From the NCBI RefSeq assembly GCF_009914755.1, contig NC_060925.1: a DNA stretch of 64,000 bases; one strand, written 5' to 3'. Shown one piece after another: positions 40,621-55,275 of this stretch (positions within the stretch are counted from its first letter, which is position 1; every line of letters begins with the position of its first letter). The DNA comes from the human T2T-CHM13v2.0 reference genome, Homo sapiens. Made by a program: the position numbers and the translations under genes. Below the pieces are notes generated by a model that saw only the letters and a program-made list of their open reading frames with translations, did no database searches and was not told the origin of the DNA.

Positions 40621-43134
40621 TCGCTGGATAACACCAGTGATACCCAGTGAGCGTGTCAAGGGCCAGGTTGCTGACACTGACAGGGAGGTCTGTAGAAAAT
40701 GAATGTGGAAAGAAAATCTTCTATCATATTATATTACAAATTCAGGAGGAAAATCTGTCATTGAATGTTTTCTTCTTGTTTTAAAAAGCTGAATTCATTC
40801 TGATAAAAATGTATATACCACCTAAAAATATACACTCTATTTTTCCAACCGACACAATCACCCACAACTGAAAATTGACCTTGGAGCCCTGTCCCACCTC
40901 TAATGGGTGGATCTAGGATCAACCCTATTTCTAAAGGGGTACATTGCAGGATCCTGGGTCACGAGGCCAGTGGCTGGTCCAGTTGTGGCCTTGACGCAGG
41001 TGTCCTTCCCTTATTTCTTATGACCAAACCACCGGCTCTGTGCTTCTCCATATGGTGTGGTCTATTCCAAGCTCCTGGTATCTTGTGGATCCAAGACCTG
41101 CCTTTATCTCCCCAGTCTTCGTGAAATAAGAGCTCTTCTCTTCCTTTAGTGTTTGGGGCCCTGCTACCTCTCCTGGGCATTTGAAAGCTAAGTGCCCACT
41201 CACCTCAGGTCCAGGGATGTCCTCCATTAGCATTTCCCTCATTCTGCTGCCCAGCAAAACCAGGGTTAAACTAAGGTTTGGTTACAGCATATGGGTAAGA
41301 AGTTTCCATGCTCAATAAAATGCCACGTCATCTACTTTATAAAAGGGTAACACATCCCTTCCGAGCTGGAAGCCTCTCTCTCCATGCTTGCTCCTCTTGT
41401 GGCCAACAGCACACCCTCCAGGCAACTGGGGAGCATTGCAGGTGTAGACCGGGCTTCCGTCAGGCAGTGCTTTCTGGCAGAAGCCAGCTGGCTTGTGCAG
41501 ACATCTTGTCCATAGCCTTGACCTTACTGGATACACTTGCTAACCTCCCAGACAAACTGATCCAGGCTCATGAAAGTTGGTTTGTTCTTTGGTTTGTTCA
41601 TTGTGCATTCATTCATTTGTTTGTTCATTTGGTAAACACATACTACATACTTCATTGAAAATTCTGCAATGATCAGGTCAGTCAAAATGCACACACACAC
41701 AAAGAGCCTCTTTCTCCCTTTACCCTATTGAGTATTGGGTACCTTATTGGGCATCTGAGATGCTGTGGAATTTTTGCCAGAATTTTACCTGTTTGTCTAC
41801 CCCTGTGCTAGGTGATGTGAAAGCTACATAGGGCAGGGGCTTGACTCTTGAAAACCATGTGATTCTGTTGAAGGTGTAAATCAAGCCAGCCCACAGGAAG
41901 CAATGAGTCAACATGTGCACCTCTGTGTTTTGCTCTTGTGGGTCCGAGAAGAGGCGCTTAAATTGCCCAGTGTTCATTGAGGGCTGCCGTGGGTTGGGAT
42001 TGTTTCCTAGAACCATAGCTGAGCCTTGAAGAGTGGGAAGGCTTTAGACAGATTCTGGGGAAAGGTGTCATACCTGGGGAGAATAACTTGACTATGTGGG
42101 CTGAGAGTAAACATAGTGGGTTCTGATGATGTCGAAGGGACCAGCTTGATGATATGTGTTGTTTCACATGTTAAATCCTTGGGACCTCCTACTTGACTAG
42201 ATCAGCACTTGAGCCCTTCGTATAGAAAGCTATGTGCTACAGTGACCATTGCTGGGCCGACTGGCTGGCATGGGGCTGTGGTTGACTCTGTCCTGGGTGG
42301 GGCCGTGGAGACACCATAGTCTATTCCTAGTCTGGCCATGATACCGAAATAGCCTTTAACCATGATTCAAGGCCCCACCCTTTCTCCTATGTGATTGTTG
42401 TTTGAATACTTCTATTTTGTTGTTGTTGTTGTTGAAACTGTAGGGTAATTACCCTTGTCCTTAATAATTGCTTTAGTTTCCTTGATGCGCAGAGATGCTC
42501 TAGAGTCTACGCTGTTAAAAAGAGGTTAGGATTAAGTTTTTCAACCTGCTGCTGGTGTGAGAAGGATGTCTCCATGCCAATTACTGTCTCCTTGATAGGA
42601 TTAGTCACTGTGTTAATTGCTACTCAGAAAAACTGCCAAGTTTGTTGTTTTAGACATTGGCTTTTAAAATATTGCAGATGTCATCTCAAATGCAAATTGT
42701 ATTTGGTATTAGAGATAACTGTTGATCTATTAACACTTTGGGGTTGATTCATATCTGAGGCTGTGTGAGTAAAAGGAGTCTCACCCTTGGATTAATTGCA
42801 TCTTTGATGGTGGTTCCAGAACTGGGAGGGGGAGGCAGCTGTCAGGTCTGTTTCTTGGCACTCTCTTTGAGAGAACCCAGAGCTCTGTCAGCAACAATCT
42901 GTTGGAATTGGCCAGCGTAATGTATGAAACAACCTCGTTCTTCAGCTCAAGAGCATCACCTACCTACTCCACAGGTCGCAGTGGTTGGTAAGCTCCTGGT
43001 TTACCTTGAATGTTGACACTCCAGGGAGGGTCAAATGGCCACAGAAGTTCTTAATCCTTAGAGATTTCCGAGTCAGTAGAACCTCCCCATTTTGGACCAG
43101 GAAAGAATAGAGAATTCTGACATTACATAGCATT

Positions 43135-45850
43135 TAATTTTTTATTAATGTTTTATTTTTAAGTCATTTCAAGATTTCAGAAAAGTTGTAGGAATAAAAT
43201 GAAGAATTCCCATATGCCCTTCACGCAGATTCCCGATATTAACATTTTATCATATCTGTCTTATCATTCTGTATGTGTGCATGCACATGACTGAACCATT
43301 TGAAAGTAAGTTTCAGACATGATGCCCCGTTAACCCTAAACACTTCAATGTGTATATCCTGAGAACTAGGACATCCTCTTGCATAAGCCAGTGCAATGGT
43401 CAAAGTCAGGAAAATAGTACTAATGCAATAGCATTATCCAATCTGTAGACTTTATTCCTGCAACCAACAATATCCTTTATTAGCAAAATACAATAATAAA
43501 AACAATAGTCTGTTCTAGGATCCAATTCAGAATCTCACGTTATGTTTAGTTTCCATGTCTCTGTAATCGCCATCAATCAATTCTTCCGTCTTTGTCTTTC
43601 ATGACCTTGCCATTTTTGCAGCATACAGGCCATTTATTTTGTAGACTGTCCTTTGGTTGGGGTTTGTCAGATGTTTCCTTAGGACCAGATTCAGGATATG
43701 CAATTTTGGCAGGAACACCACAGAAGCGACATTGGGTTGTTCTTAGTGCATCGTGTTAGAAGGTGCATGGTTGCCTGCCCCTTTACTGGGATTGTTGACT
43801 TTGATCATTGGTTAGGATGGTATCTGCTAGGTTTCTCCAGTGTAAAGTTATTGTTTATTCTCTTCATAATTAATTCGCATTTTATGGAAAAATAGTTTAG
43901 GTCTGTGTAAGTAGCTTGTATTTCATTAAACTTTTACCCCTTGATTTAGCATCCATTGATAATTCTTGTCTGAATCAATTATTATAATGCATGCCAGATG
44001 GTGATTTTTCTCTAAATTTATTTATTGTTTAGTACTCTGTACCAAATTGGAAAGCTTTTTGCTTTCTTACATTTATTTATTTACTCATTGATTCGTTTAT
44101 ACCCATATGGACTCATGGATTTCTATCTTAGTGAGTGACATTGACTAGATTATGTTGACTGAGTTACATTCATTAGGTTATATATTTGTCCAGTGGTTTA
44201 TAACCTAGTTGTTTTGGTAATTATATTGTCACAGATTTGGCCAATGGAAGCCCTTTCAATTTGGCTACTGTGTCCTTTTGACAAATCCCCATAATATTTT
44301 TCCACAACATTTTATTATGAAAAACTTCAAGCATAGAGAACGTTAACAGATTTTTTTCAGTGAACACTCATGTACCTATCACCTAGGTTCTTTAATGAAC
44401 ATTTTATTATGCTGTCTTTATCATAGATCTATTCAGCTATCCACCCAGCAATGCATCTTGTGTTTAAATTGCATTTCAAAGTAAGTTGTAGATGTCAGCA
44501 CACTTCATCCATAAACACTTTGGCAGGCATGATAGTGTCTCGACTTTAACATTTATTTACAGTTCTTTTACTCAGCAAAACTTACTTACAGTGCAAGGTA
44601 CACATAGTAAGTGTACCATCGAACAAGCTTTGACCAGTGCATGCACCTGTGTGACTCAGACCCCTATCAAGTTGTAGAGCATTGCAGCCAGTTCAGAAAG
44701 TTCTTTCATGTTTCTTTCTAACCAGTTCTTTCTCCATCATCTTCAGCAGCAACCGCTGTTCTGATTTTATTCTCACCATAGATTAGCTTTACCTGTTCTA
44801 GCACTTCATCTAAATGGAACATGTGCAATATACATTCTTTTGTATAAGGATGATTTCACTCATTATTGTGATTTTGAGATTCATCCGTGTTGTTGTTATC
44901 AGTGGTTCTTTGCACCCATCATTCTTTGAGCGCTTCCTTTTTTCTGGTCCAGCAAAATGTCCCAAGGTCGCCTTCCACTTCCTCTCACCAACCCTGGGAT
45001 TAGCTCAATCTCTAATGAGCCCCGGCTCCTTTCAGCAGAGAATGGTTTCTGAATTCCAGCTGTGTGCCTTGCGAGTGGTATGCCATTGCTTCTAGACACT
45101 CTCTGCCTTAGTAGAAGAAGCTAAGCAATGCATGTGTGAGGATACATTCATAGATACACAAACACATATATATCCACACCTACTTCTAAACATCCGCGTT
45201 CATGGATGTGTGTAAAACCATGCATTGTGATGATACCAATTCTAGTCCAACATCACAGGGTTCCTCCTAGCCGTTCATCTTTCCATATGTGGCACTTTCT
45301 TTTCCAACATGGAGAAATTTTCCTGAGTATATTATTGTCTAAATCCTAAATATATATAAAATAATGAAATAAGAGTTAACCTATACCACTGAAGAAAGCA
45401 AACCTACCAACTATAGTTCAATGTTTGTTTATAGCACTTTTTCTTTAGCCTGAGGGCATATAATCAAAATACTGTGTTCATAAGCCTTTTGGGTTAATCT
45501 CTACCCCCTTTCTCTCCGGTTATGTTATTCTTGGAAATAAAATATAATTAGGCTCTTTTGTTTTTTTGCTTGTGTTCTATTTTATGGTCTCTCCCCATCC
45601 TTGTTGATTTTTTTAAGGATGGAAAACATTAACATGTTTATAAAAATCAAAACTATGCAAAAAAGTTAGATCCAGAGATGTGTCACTGCCCCCATCCCTC
45701 CCCACACATGGGTAACCACTCTCATTATTATCTCCTTATCTGTTTTGTGTTTCTTTGCTGAGATAAGCAGATACATGTATACTTTCTTATTTTCTCCTTT
45801 TTTTCTTACACAAAAGACAGCTACTATAAATACTCCTTTGCACATTGCAT
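43135..45850 (-). mobile_element. Nested L1MC4/5 and L1MD/ME 3' fragments
   Basis: gaaccatttgaaagtaagtttcagacatgatgcccc; cagatttggccaatggaagccctttcaatttggctactgtgtccttttgac. Confidence 0.75.
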
Positions 45851-46915
45851 TTTTTTAAATTAAACTTTCTATTTCAAGACAACTGTTGATTCACATGCAG
45901 TTGTAAGAACTAATACAGAGAGATGATCCATGCACCCTTTGAGCTGTTTTTCTCAATGGTAACATCTTGAAAACTATAGTAGAGTATCACAGCCAGGATA
46001 CTTGATGTTGGCACAATTAAGATACAGAACATGTCCCTCACCTCCGGGGTGCTGCAGGATGCCCTTTTTAGCCACACCCACTTCCTCCCCTCCCCTACAC
46101 CCTCTTTGACTCTTTGCAACCCCTAATCTGTTCTCTATGTCTATAATTTTTATCATATCAAGAATGTTATATAATTGGAATCATACAATAAATTACCTTT
46201 TGGAATTGGCTACTTTGACTCAGCATAATTGTCTCGCGATTCATCTAGATTGTTGCATTTATTAAGAGTTTACTTCTTTTTATTGCCGAGTGATGTACCA
46301 TAGAATGAATGTGCTACAGTTTGTTTAGCCCTTTATACATTGAAGGACATCTGGGTGTTTCTAGTTCTTGGCAATTACATATAAAATGTCTATAAACATT
46401 TGTGTACAGGTTTTTGTGTGGTCACAGATTTTTATTTCTTTGAGATAAATGCCTAGGAATGCAGCTGCTGGGTTGTATGATAACTACATATTTAGCTTTT
46501 AAAGAATCTGCCAAAGCACTTTTCAAAGTAGCCGTGCTTTATTTTCCCACCAGCAATGTACGGATGACCCCATTTCTCTGCATCCTTATCAGCATTTGGT
46601 GTTGTCACTATTTTTTATTTTAGCTCCCCTGACAGGTGTGTAATGTTATCTAATCGTGGTTTAAGTTTGTATTTCTCTAATTGGCTAATGATGTTGAACA
46701 CCTTTGCATGTGTTTATTGCCATCTGTATATTCTCTTTGGTGAATTACCTTTTGGAGTCCTTTGTCCATTTTCTAATTAGATTATTTTATTTTTTATTAA
46801 GCTTTGGGGGTTCTTTATATATCTTAAATACCAGTCATTTTTCTGAGGGGTGGTTTGCAAATATTTTCTCCTAATTTGTATCTTCTTTTGCATCCTGTCC
46901 TTCACAGAGCAAATA

Positions 46916-47993
<1,078 letters not shown>

Positions 47994-48707
47994 CAAAGAT
48001 TTTAATTTTCATGAAGTCTACTTTACCCATTTTTCCTTTTATATGTTGTGCTTTAGGTGTTAAGTTTAAGAACCCTTTGCCTAGTCCTAGTTCCCAAATT
48101 TTCTCCTATGTTTTAAGCCCATTGTCCCTTCCAAGTTAGTTTTTGCAGGTGTGGAGAAGACTTTGGTGGAGACTTTTTCTTTCTTTCTTTTTTCTTTTTT
48201 TTTGCCTGTGGATGTCTGATCACTCTAACACCAATTGTTGAAAAGGCTATCTTTCAACAAAGCTATCTTGAATTAATTTTGGCATTTCTGTCAAAAATCA
48301 GTTGGGTGTATTTGTGCAGGTCTCTTTCTGGGTTCTCTATTCTATTGGTTTATGTGTCAATTCCTTTGCTAATACCACACAGTCTTGATAACTGTAGCTA
48401 TATAATAAGCCTTCATCTGTATCCTGACATTCTTATTTGGAATATTTGTGTTTTCTCATTCTTTGATGAAGTTTAGCTTGTGATTATCCTATTTTTTTAA
48501 AAAAAAGACCCGAAATTTTGGTTAATTTGACCCACCTCATTTATTTCTACATCTAACTTTATTTTCCCCTTTCTTATGGTTTTGCTGTTGTTCTTCTTCT
48601 AGCTTTTTGAGCTTAGAATTTTAAAATTTTAATTTTTCATTTTTACTAAAATAATGAAAAAGGCTATGAATATTCAGTCCGACCACTGTTTTAAATATGT
48701 CTCATAA

Positions 48708-49031
<324 letters not shown>

Positions 49032-49289
49032 TAGTGTTTTCATGATCACATGTACATTTTTGGAATTTCTATTGCTTTAATTTTGAAAAGATTTTTAACA
49101 TTATTTTCCAGTTTTATTAGACTGTGATCAGAAAATATTTCTTTGTAATATTTCTATTTTATGAAATGCATTGATTATCACCTAACACGTGACCAACTTT
49201 TGTGAATATTCTATGTGTACTTAAGGAGAAGGTATAGTAGATTCCCCATCTACTAATAGGTAATTCAAGGAAAAAGTATGAAGTATGAC

Positions 49290-49672
49290 TGTATTAGTCT
49301 GCTCTCACATTGCTATGAAGAACTACCTGAGACTGGGTCATTTATAAAGACAAGAAGTTTAATTGACTCATGGTTCCACAGGCTTTACAGGAAGCATGGC
49401 TGGGGAGACCTCAGGAAACTTACAATCATGGCAGAAGGCGAAGGGGAAGCCCGCGTGTCCTGCGTGGCTGGAGCAGGAGGAAGAGGGTGAAGGGGGAGGT
49501 CCTGCACTCTTCCAAACAACCAGATCTCCTGAGAACTCACTCACTATCACAAAAACAGCAAGGGGGAAATCCTCCCCCATGATTCAGTCACCTCCCCCAG
49601 GCTCTTCCTCCAACACTGGGGATTACAGTTTGACATGAGATTTGGGTGGGGACACACATGCAAACCACATCA
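49290..49672 (-). mobile_element. MaLR solo LTR (MSTA)
   Basis: tgtattagtc...aaaccacatca termini; TSD atgac/gtgac. Confidence 0.94.
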
Positions 49673-49821
49673 GTGACAAATTGATTTGTCAAGGAAATTG
49701 ATTATATTGTTTAGGGCTTCTGTGTCCTTACTTATTTTTTGTCTATCTGGTTTCTCTTGTACTGACAGCGGTGTGGTAAACACACTATTCTTAGTGTTTT
49801 CATCATATTTCCTACAGTTTC

Positions 49822-50132
49822 TTTCTTTCATTTTCCTTCCTTCCTTCCTTTCTTTCTTTCGTTCTTTCACAGAACTGTCGCCCAGGCTGCAGTGCAGTGT
49901 TGAGTTCTCGGCTCACTGCAATCCCCGCTTCCTGGGTTCAAGCAATCCTTGTGCCTCAGCCTCCCGAATGGCTGAGACTACAGGCAGGTACCACCACGCC
50001 TGGCTAATTTTTGTGTTTTTAGTAGAGATAGGGTTTTGTCATGTTGGCCAGGCTGGTCTTGAACTCCTGACTTCAAGTGATCCACCATTCTTGGCCTCCC
50101 AAATTGCTGGGTGTGAGCCATCAAACCTGGCC
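49822..50132 (-). mobile_element. Alu (J/S) with (TTCC/TTTC)n tail
   Basis: Antisense Alu; TSD atatttcctacagtttc 49805-49821 / atatttcctacaatttc 50134-50150. Confidence 0.92.
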
Positions 50133-50373
50133 TATATTTCCTACAATTTCCTCTCCTGTAAAAGTGGTTGTAGTCTTGTTTGGTGCACTAATACTCATTA
50201 TGGTTATATTTTTATTGTGGAATGTGATTTTTAGCATTAGAAGGTGTCATAATGTTGTTTCTTAAATTATACTTATTCTACTTTGATATCAAGATTGCAA
50301 TACTTGTTTTGTTATTTCCATTTGCCTCATATGTCTTTGCCATCCTTTTAGTTTTAGGCTTTCTGAATCTCTT

Positions 50374-50739
50374 TGATATGGTTCGGCTCTGTGTCTCCAC
50401 CCAAATCTCACCTTGAATTGTAACAATCCCCATGTGTCAAGGGTGGGACCAGGTGGAGAAAATTAAATCATGGGGACAGTTTCCCCCATACTGTTTTCAT
50501 GATAGTGAGTCCTCACGAGATCTGATCGTTTTATAAGGGGCTTCTCCCCCTTTGCTCGGCACCTCTCTCTCCTGTCGCCATGTGAAGAAGGAAGTGTTTG
50601 CATCCTCTTCTGCCATGATTGTAAGTTTCCTGAGGCCTCTCCAACCATGTGGAACTGTGAGCCAGTTGAACCTCTTTCCTTTTATAAATTACCCAGTCTC
50701 GGGCAGTTCTTTATAGCAGTGTGAGAACAAACTAATACA
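50374..50739 (+). mobile_element. MaLR solo LTR (THE1D-like)
   Basis: tgatatggttcggctctgtgtctccacccaaatctc...actaataca; perfect 5-bp TSD ctctt (50369-50373 / 50740-50744). Confidence 0.95.
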
Positions 50740-52689
50740 CTCTTTTTAAAAGTATGCCTCTTATATATAACATATAGTTGGATCTTTCTTTTTAAGCCAA
50801 ATTGAAAATTTTTTTATTTTCATAAGTAAACCCATTCACTTTTATTTATATGTCCAATATGTATAATATCTTATATAATAAATGCAATGTGTATTATGTT
50901 CTACTTGCTGTACTTGTCTTTCTACATGATGCATTTTCTATACTCATTTAATTTCTTTTTATATATAAGAAATTCTCATTTTTAGTCTAATGGGTACCTT
51001 TGTACTCATTACCTTTAAAAATCCCTTTAGTCTCTTACTAACTTTTACCATTTGGTCTTTCAGTTGTTAATGGAGTCTCTTGACTCCTACCTGTTGCTTA
51101 TACAACCATCACTGAGCTTATTCTGGTTTTGTCTTTCCTTTTTTTGTTTCCTATCATTTTGTAGTTGACAAAACATATATAATCTATGTATGATTCTCTT
51201 AACCTTAGTTACACACTTAATTTAGGTCCATAATTAAATATATTAAATGTTCCCCATAAGTTCCTTTGCCAAAGAGTCCCTAGTCATCTCCTGGTTGGAT
51301 GAAGTTAATTTTCTAGAAGATTCCTTCAGAGGCGCCTGTGGGTACATCACTCAATTCTCCCATATTTTAAACTCTTATTCTGTACCTCTGATTTTTGAGG
51401 GTCTGCTTCGCTAGATATAAAATCTTTGAGTTTTATGAAACTGCTGCTCCATCCTTGCCCCACCTTCTAAGTTGTTTTTGAGAAGGCTGACAACTGTCTC
51501 TGTTGCCCTTATAGTAAGTTATTTGATCTTTTCATTTACAAGCGTTGAGGATATTTTTCAAATGCATCGTTGAGGTTTTTAATTCAGTTTGTAGTGTTAT
51601 GACACAGTTCCTCCCCCTCCACCTTATGGTTGGGATTTTGGGGTAAGTGTCGTATTCTCATTTTAGTTTTTTTTCTTTCATAGTCTTCTACAGATGAAGA
51701 CCACTTACATCGCCACATTGAGTGGTTCGTGTGATTTTTAGTTCAAGAGCTCCCTCTTCTGTCAGTGCAGCGAAGTGCAGTTTCTTTATGACTGGTTTTT
51801 GGGGGAGGGGCGGGAGGAGTTGAGGGTCCTTGGATGTATCATTATTTTTTGTTTTGCAGAATCCTAAATGCCCACATCTGGCTTCTCCCTCCCTCCCCTG
51901 CACATTTGCCAATGCTGCCCCTGCCTACCTTTAAATCACTTCCTTCTAGTCCATATTCTGGTCTATCTGGATTCATTTTTGGTATTTTCTTCCCTGTAGG
52001 ATGTACTTTCTCTTTCTTCAGGTAATTGTAATTTATTCCTAAACTCTCCATGCTCGACGTCTGCCTTCATTGGCTTTTGGACCCATCTTATCCTCTTGCT
52101 CTTTATAAAAGTTCTGGGTGGGAACTCAAGAATTTGTTAATTTGATGTTTATAGTGTCTCTTTTTTCCAGTCGTGTGAAAGGTGTGTGGGATTTGTGTGG
52201 TTGTTTTTGTTCTTCTTGTTGATCTGTGTAGTTTTCAGAGGATGCGTTGGGAGATTTGAGTTTTTGTGGCTATCATTACCTTGGCGACCTGGAAGTCCCT
52301 TACGTGGCATTTTAGGAGACGTGTGCAGTTATATCAATTTCAAGTACAATTGTAACTCAAGCCTGTTATGAACACCATCTTTTCATGTTAATTGTACCAT
52401 AAAAGAATCTTGAGGATATCTTTAAAAGGTCTGCTCTCTTACGAAGGTGAAGTGTCTCCCCTGTAAGCTTGTTTACACCGGCATCTGTTCAGCCAGCCCT
52501 TTTTCATAGACACTTCAGCCAAATACTGGCGTGTTTTCCGTTTCTGTGTTTACGGTTGGACTCAACGAGCCTTTTACTATTGTGGCATATGGGAGGGAGC
52601 GTTGCCATTCTGCTGCCAGGGGTGAGTGTGATCTGGTGGCTGTTACATTGTGTATATGCGAGTAGGTCTCTATCAAGAAGGGACCCGCC

Positions 52690-52854
52690 ATGCTTACCTG
52701 GCACGGGAGATATACCAGGATCCTGAAGGTGGTACTCCCAGGGTGAGGCTTATCCATTGTGCGCCAGATGTGTTGACCCTTGTGATTTCCCCAAATGTGG
52801 GAAACTCACTGCATCATTTGTGGTAGTGGGGGACTGTGTCTGTGCTCTCTCCTG
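52690..52854 (+). pseudogene. U1 snRNA retro-pseudogene, full length
   Basis: ATGCTTACCTGGCACGGGAGA...TTTGTGGTAGTGGGGGACTG...CCTG aligns end to end with U1 (about 22 substitutions and 2 indels by hand, ~85%). It is followed by 18 nt of extra sequence and A28 (52873-52900). The U1-70K loop (GATCACGAAG>GATCCTGAAG) and U1A loop (ATTGCAC>ATTGTGC) are mutated. Confidence 0.96.
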
Positions 52855-52868
52855 ACATTTGAATTTTT

Positions 52869-52902
<34 letters not shown>

Positions 52903-52914
52903 AGACACACCATC

Positions 52915-53431
52915 TTCCATGGACTGAATATCTGTGTTTCTCCAGAATCCATGTGCTGAAGCCTTAACCCCAGTGTGATAGTCTTTGGAGATGGGGTCTT
53001 TGGGAGGGAATTAGGTTTAGGTGAAGTTGTGAGGGTGGGGCCCCATGATAGGATTAGTGCCCTTATAAGAAGAGGAAGAGGGGCCTGGTGTGGTGGCTCA
53101 CACTTGTAATCCCAGCATTTTGGGCAGCTGAGGCAGGAGGATTGCTTGAAGTCAGGAGTTTGAGACCAGCCTGGGCAACACAGGGAGACCCCATCTCTAC
53201 CAAAACAAAGAAAAAAGAAGAGGAAGATACTAGAGCTCTCTCCCTGCTTTGTGAGGACACAGTGAGAAGGTGGCCGTCTGTAGGCCAGGAAGGGAGCCCT
53301 CACCAAGAATGGAACTGGCTGGCATCTTGATCTCAGACTTCCCGTCTCCAGACCTGTGAGACATAAATGTCTGCTGTTTAAGCCACCCAGCCTCTGGTAC
53401 TTTGTTACGGAAGCCTGAGCTAACTCAGATG
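52915..53431 (+). mobile_element. MaLR solo LTR (MLT1A/B-like), interrupted by a FLAM
   Basis: atggactgaatatctgtgtttctccagaatccatgtgctgaagcc...gattagtgcccttataagaagag...ctgctgtttaagccacccag...ggtactttgttac. Confidence 0.92.
53082..53216 (+). mobile_element. FLAM (free left Alu monomer)
   Basis: Single Alu left monomer with A-rich tail; TSD aagaagaggaaga 53067-53079 / 53215-53227. Confidence 0.9.
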
Positions 53432-54969
53432 TCAGCCAACCATATTTTTACAGCATTCTCATACAAAGCCCGAAACCATAGTCAGATTCAGCGCTGCGTG
53501 GCTTAGGGAATGCGCCACGCCTGACTCATTGCAGGGGGTCAAGAATGTTTGTGAGATGAATACATGGAGTATCTTTGTTCTGGAAATAGACCACCTATGA
53601 ATTATTATAGTAGAGAAATCCCAGGCCTCCTCGAAGGACAGGGAAAACCTGTAAAGTGTCTGTACTTTGGGCCCAGAGGAATAATGGAAAGAGGCCAGGC
53701 ACGCTGGGAAATTTCCATTTACAAACCCGCCTTCTGCTGGGTTGAGTCTCGCCTGCTGTGGGCTCAGGGATCCTGGCCTGGCCTATTTTTTCTCTGGGTG
53801 GATACCCCATTCCCGGGAGCGTTCAGATCCCTGAAGACAGCTTCTGTCTCCTCCGAGACCACTGCTGAGTCTTGTCACCTGGTGTTCCCACAGTGCCACC
53901 CTGTCTTCTCTTGTTCTCTGTGGGTTCCAGAAAAAGGGACCACCTCGGCTCTGTGGCTTTGGATCTCTCCAGAGGAGGGTTAAGGCCTCAGATAGCTTCT
54001 CCAATGGGACACAGCCAACATCTGAGCTGCATTTTCAAAATGAGAGCCAATCTTAGGCTGAGTCGGACAGGGAGAAAGGAATTGTGCTCGGGCACCCAGG
54101 TGGCACCTGCTGTCCCCTGACCTGGCACCACGGGCCCAACTTTGGGTTTTAACTTCCCACGAGTGCCTGGACATGGAGAAGAAGTGGTGGAGAGGATGAG
54201 GACATATGGGGAGCGATCTCCAGGGTCACTGAGGTCCTGTCTCCTGCCTCCCGCTCCCTAGGGCCCTCCAGCTGGGCCCAGGAGGTCTCCCTCCCACCTG
54301 GTTGTCAGTCAGCTTCTGCTGTGCCCTCACGGGGAATTCCTCCTAGAGCCCACCAGGTGGGAGAGCCAGGGCAGCAAGCACCGAAGGCCGGCACGGCACC
54401 AGCACAGATGAATGGCCCGGCTTTCTCAGAACCCATCCCCTGGAACGCTGGAGGCAGTGCAGGAAGGGCCGGGTTCTATGAGAGGACCTTAGGCAGCAGG
54501 AATACTCCATGACAGCAGAGATGCTGGGGCCTTTTCCCCAGAGCCTTATTCTTTTTTTTTTTTTTAATCTTTAGACAGAACTCTCATTCACAGCATTTAG
54601 TTACTTGTTCATTCATTCATCATTCATTCACTCAAGCACTTGATGGGTATTGCACTCTCCTACCTTGTGCCAGAGACTGTGTGAGACTCGGAGAGTTGGT
54701 AACACACCCAGAGTCGCCTTCGGGGGCTTTCACGAGCAGAGCCATTGCTCCGGCTTTTGGGTTTCCATAGTGTGCATTAGCCTTTGGAGGCCTCCAGGAA
54801 GTCCCTCCAGAATCAGACCTGTTCCATTGTGTTCACTGAGAATTCTGCAAATTTCTTTGGTGATGGGACTTGATTCTTCTTTATATGGTACCAGGCAGAC
54901 CAGTGAATGCGTCGTGAAACACCTCTCCAGGCCCGTGGAATGGGGTGGGGAACGCTGGGGTCTCAGTGT

Positions 54970-55150
54970 GAGCCTGGCCTTTGGATTCAGACAGTGCTGA
55001 ATTACAGTCTCAGCCCTGCTTCTTGCTGGCTGTGGGGCTGGGGCCACATGAACCGGCTAAGCTTTGGCTTTCTCAGAAATAGTTTGGGGATAATGATTCC
55101 TGCCTAGTGGGAAGATTAAATAAGATAAAGGAATGGCAAAGTTTTATCCC
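54970..55150 (+). mobile_element. MIR
   Basis: ctttggattcagacag...ggggataatgattcctgcctagtgggaagattaaataagataa. Confidence 0.7.
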
Positions 55151-55232
55151 ATGGTCAGGGAGGATGGTGACTGCCTTGTGCCATGGGTGACCCCTGCCTT
55201 CCTTCAGAGGGCATGTGCACAAGCTGGTGCAT

Positions 55233-55275
55233 ACACACACACACACACACACATACACACACACACACACACACA
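55233..55275. repeat. (CA)n microsatellite with one interruption
   Basis: acacacacacacacacacacacatacacacacacacacacaca. Confidence 0.95.

Noticed and set aside
52690-52854. Functional U1 or variant U1 gene
   Set aside because: No convincing PSE about 60 bp upstream and no 3' box; A-tail present; U1-70K and U1A loops mutated.
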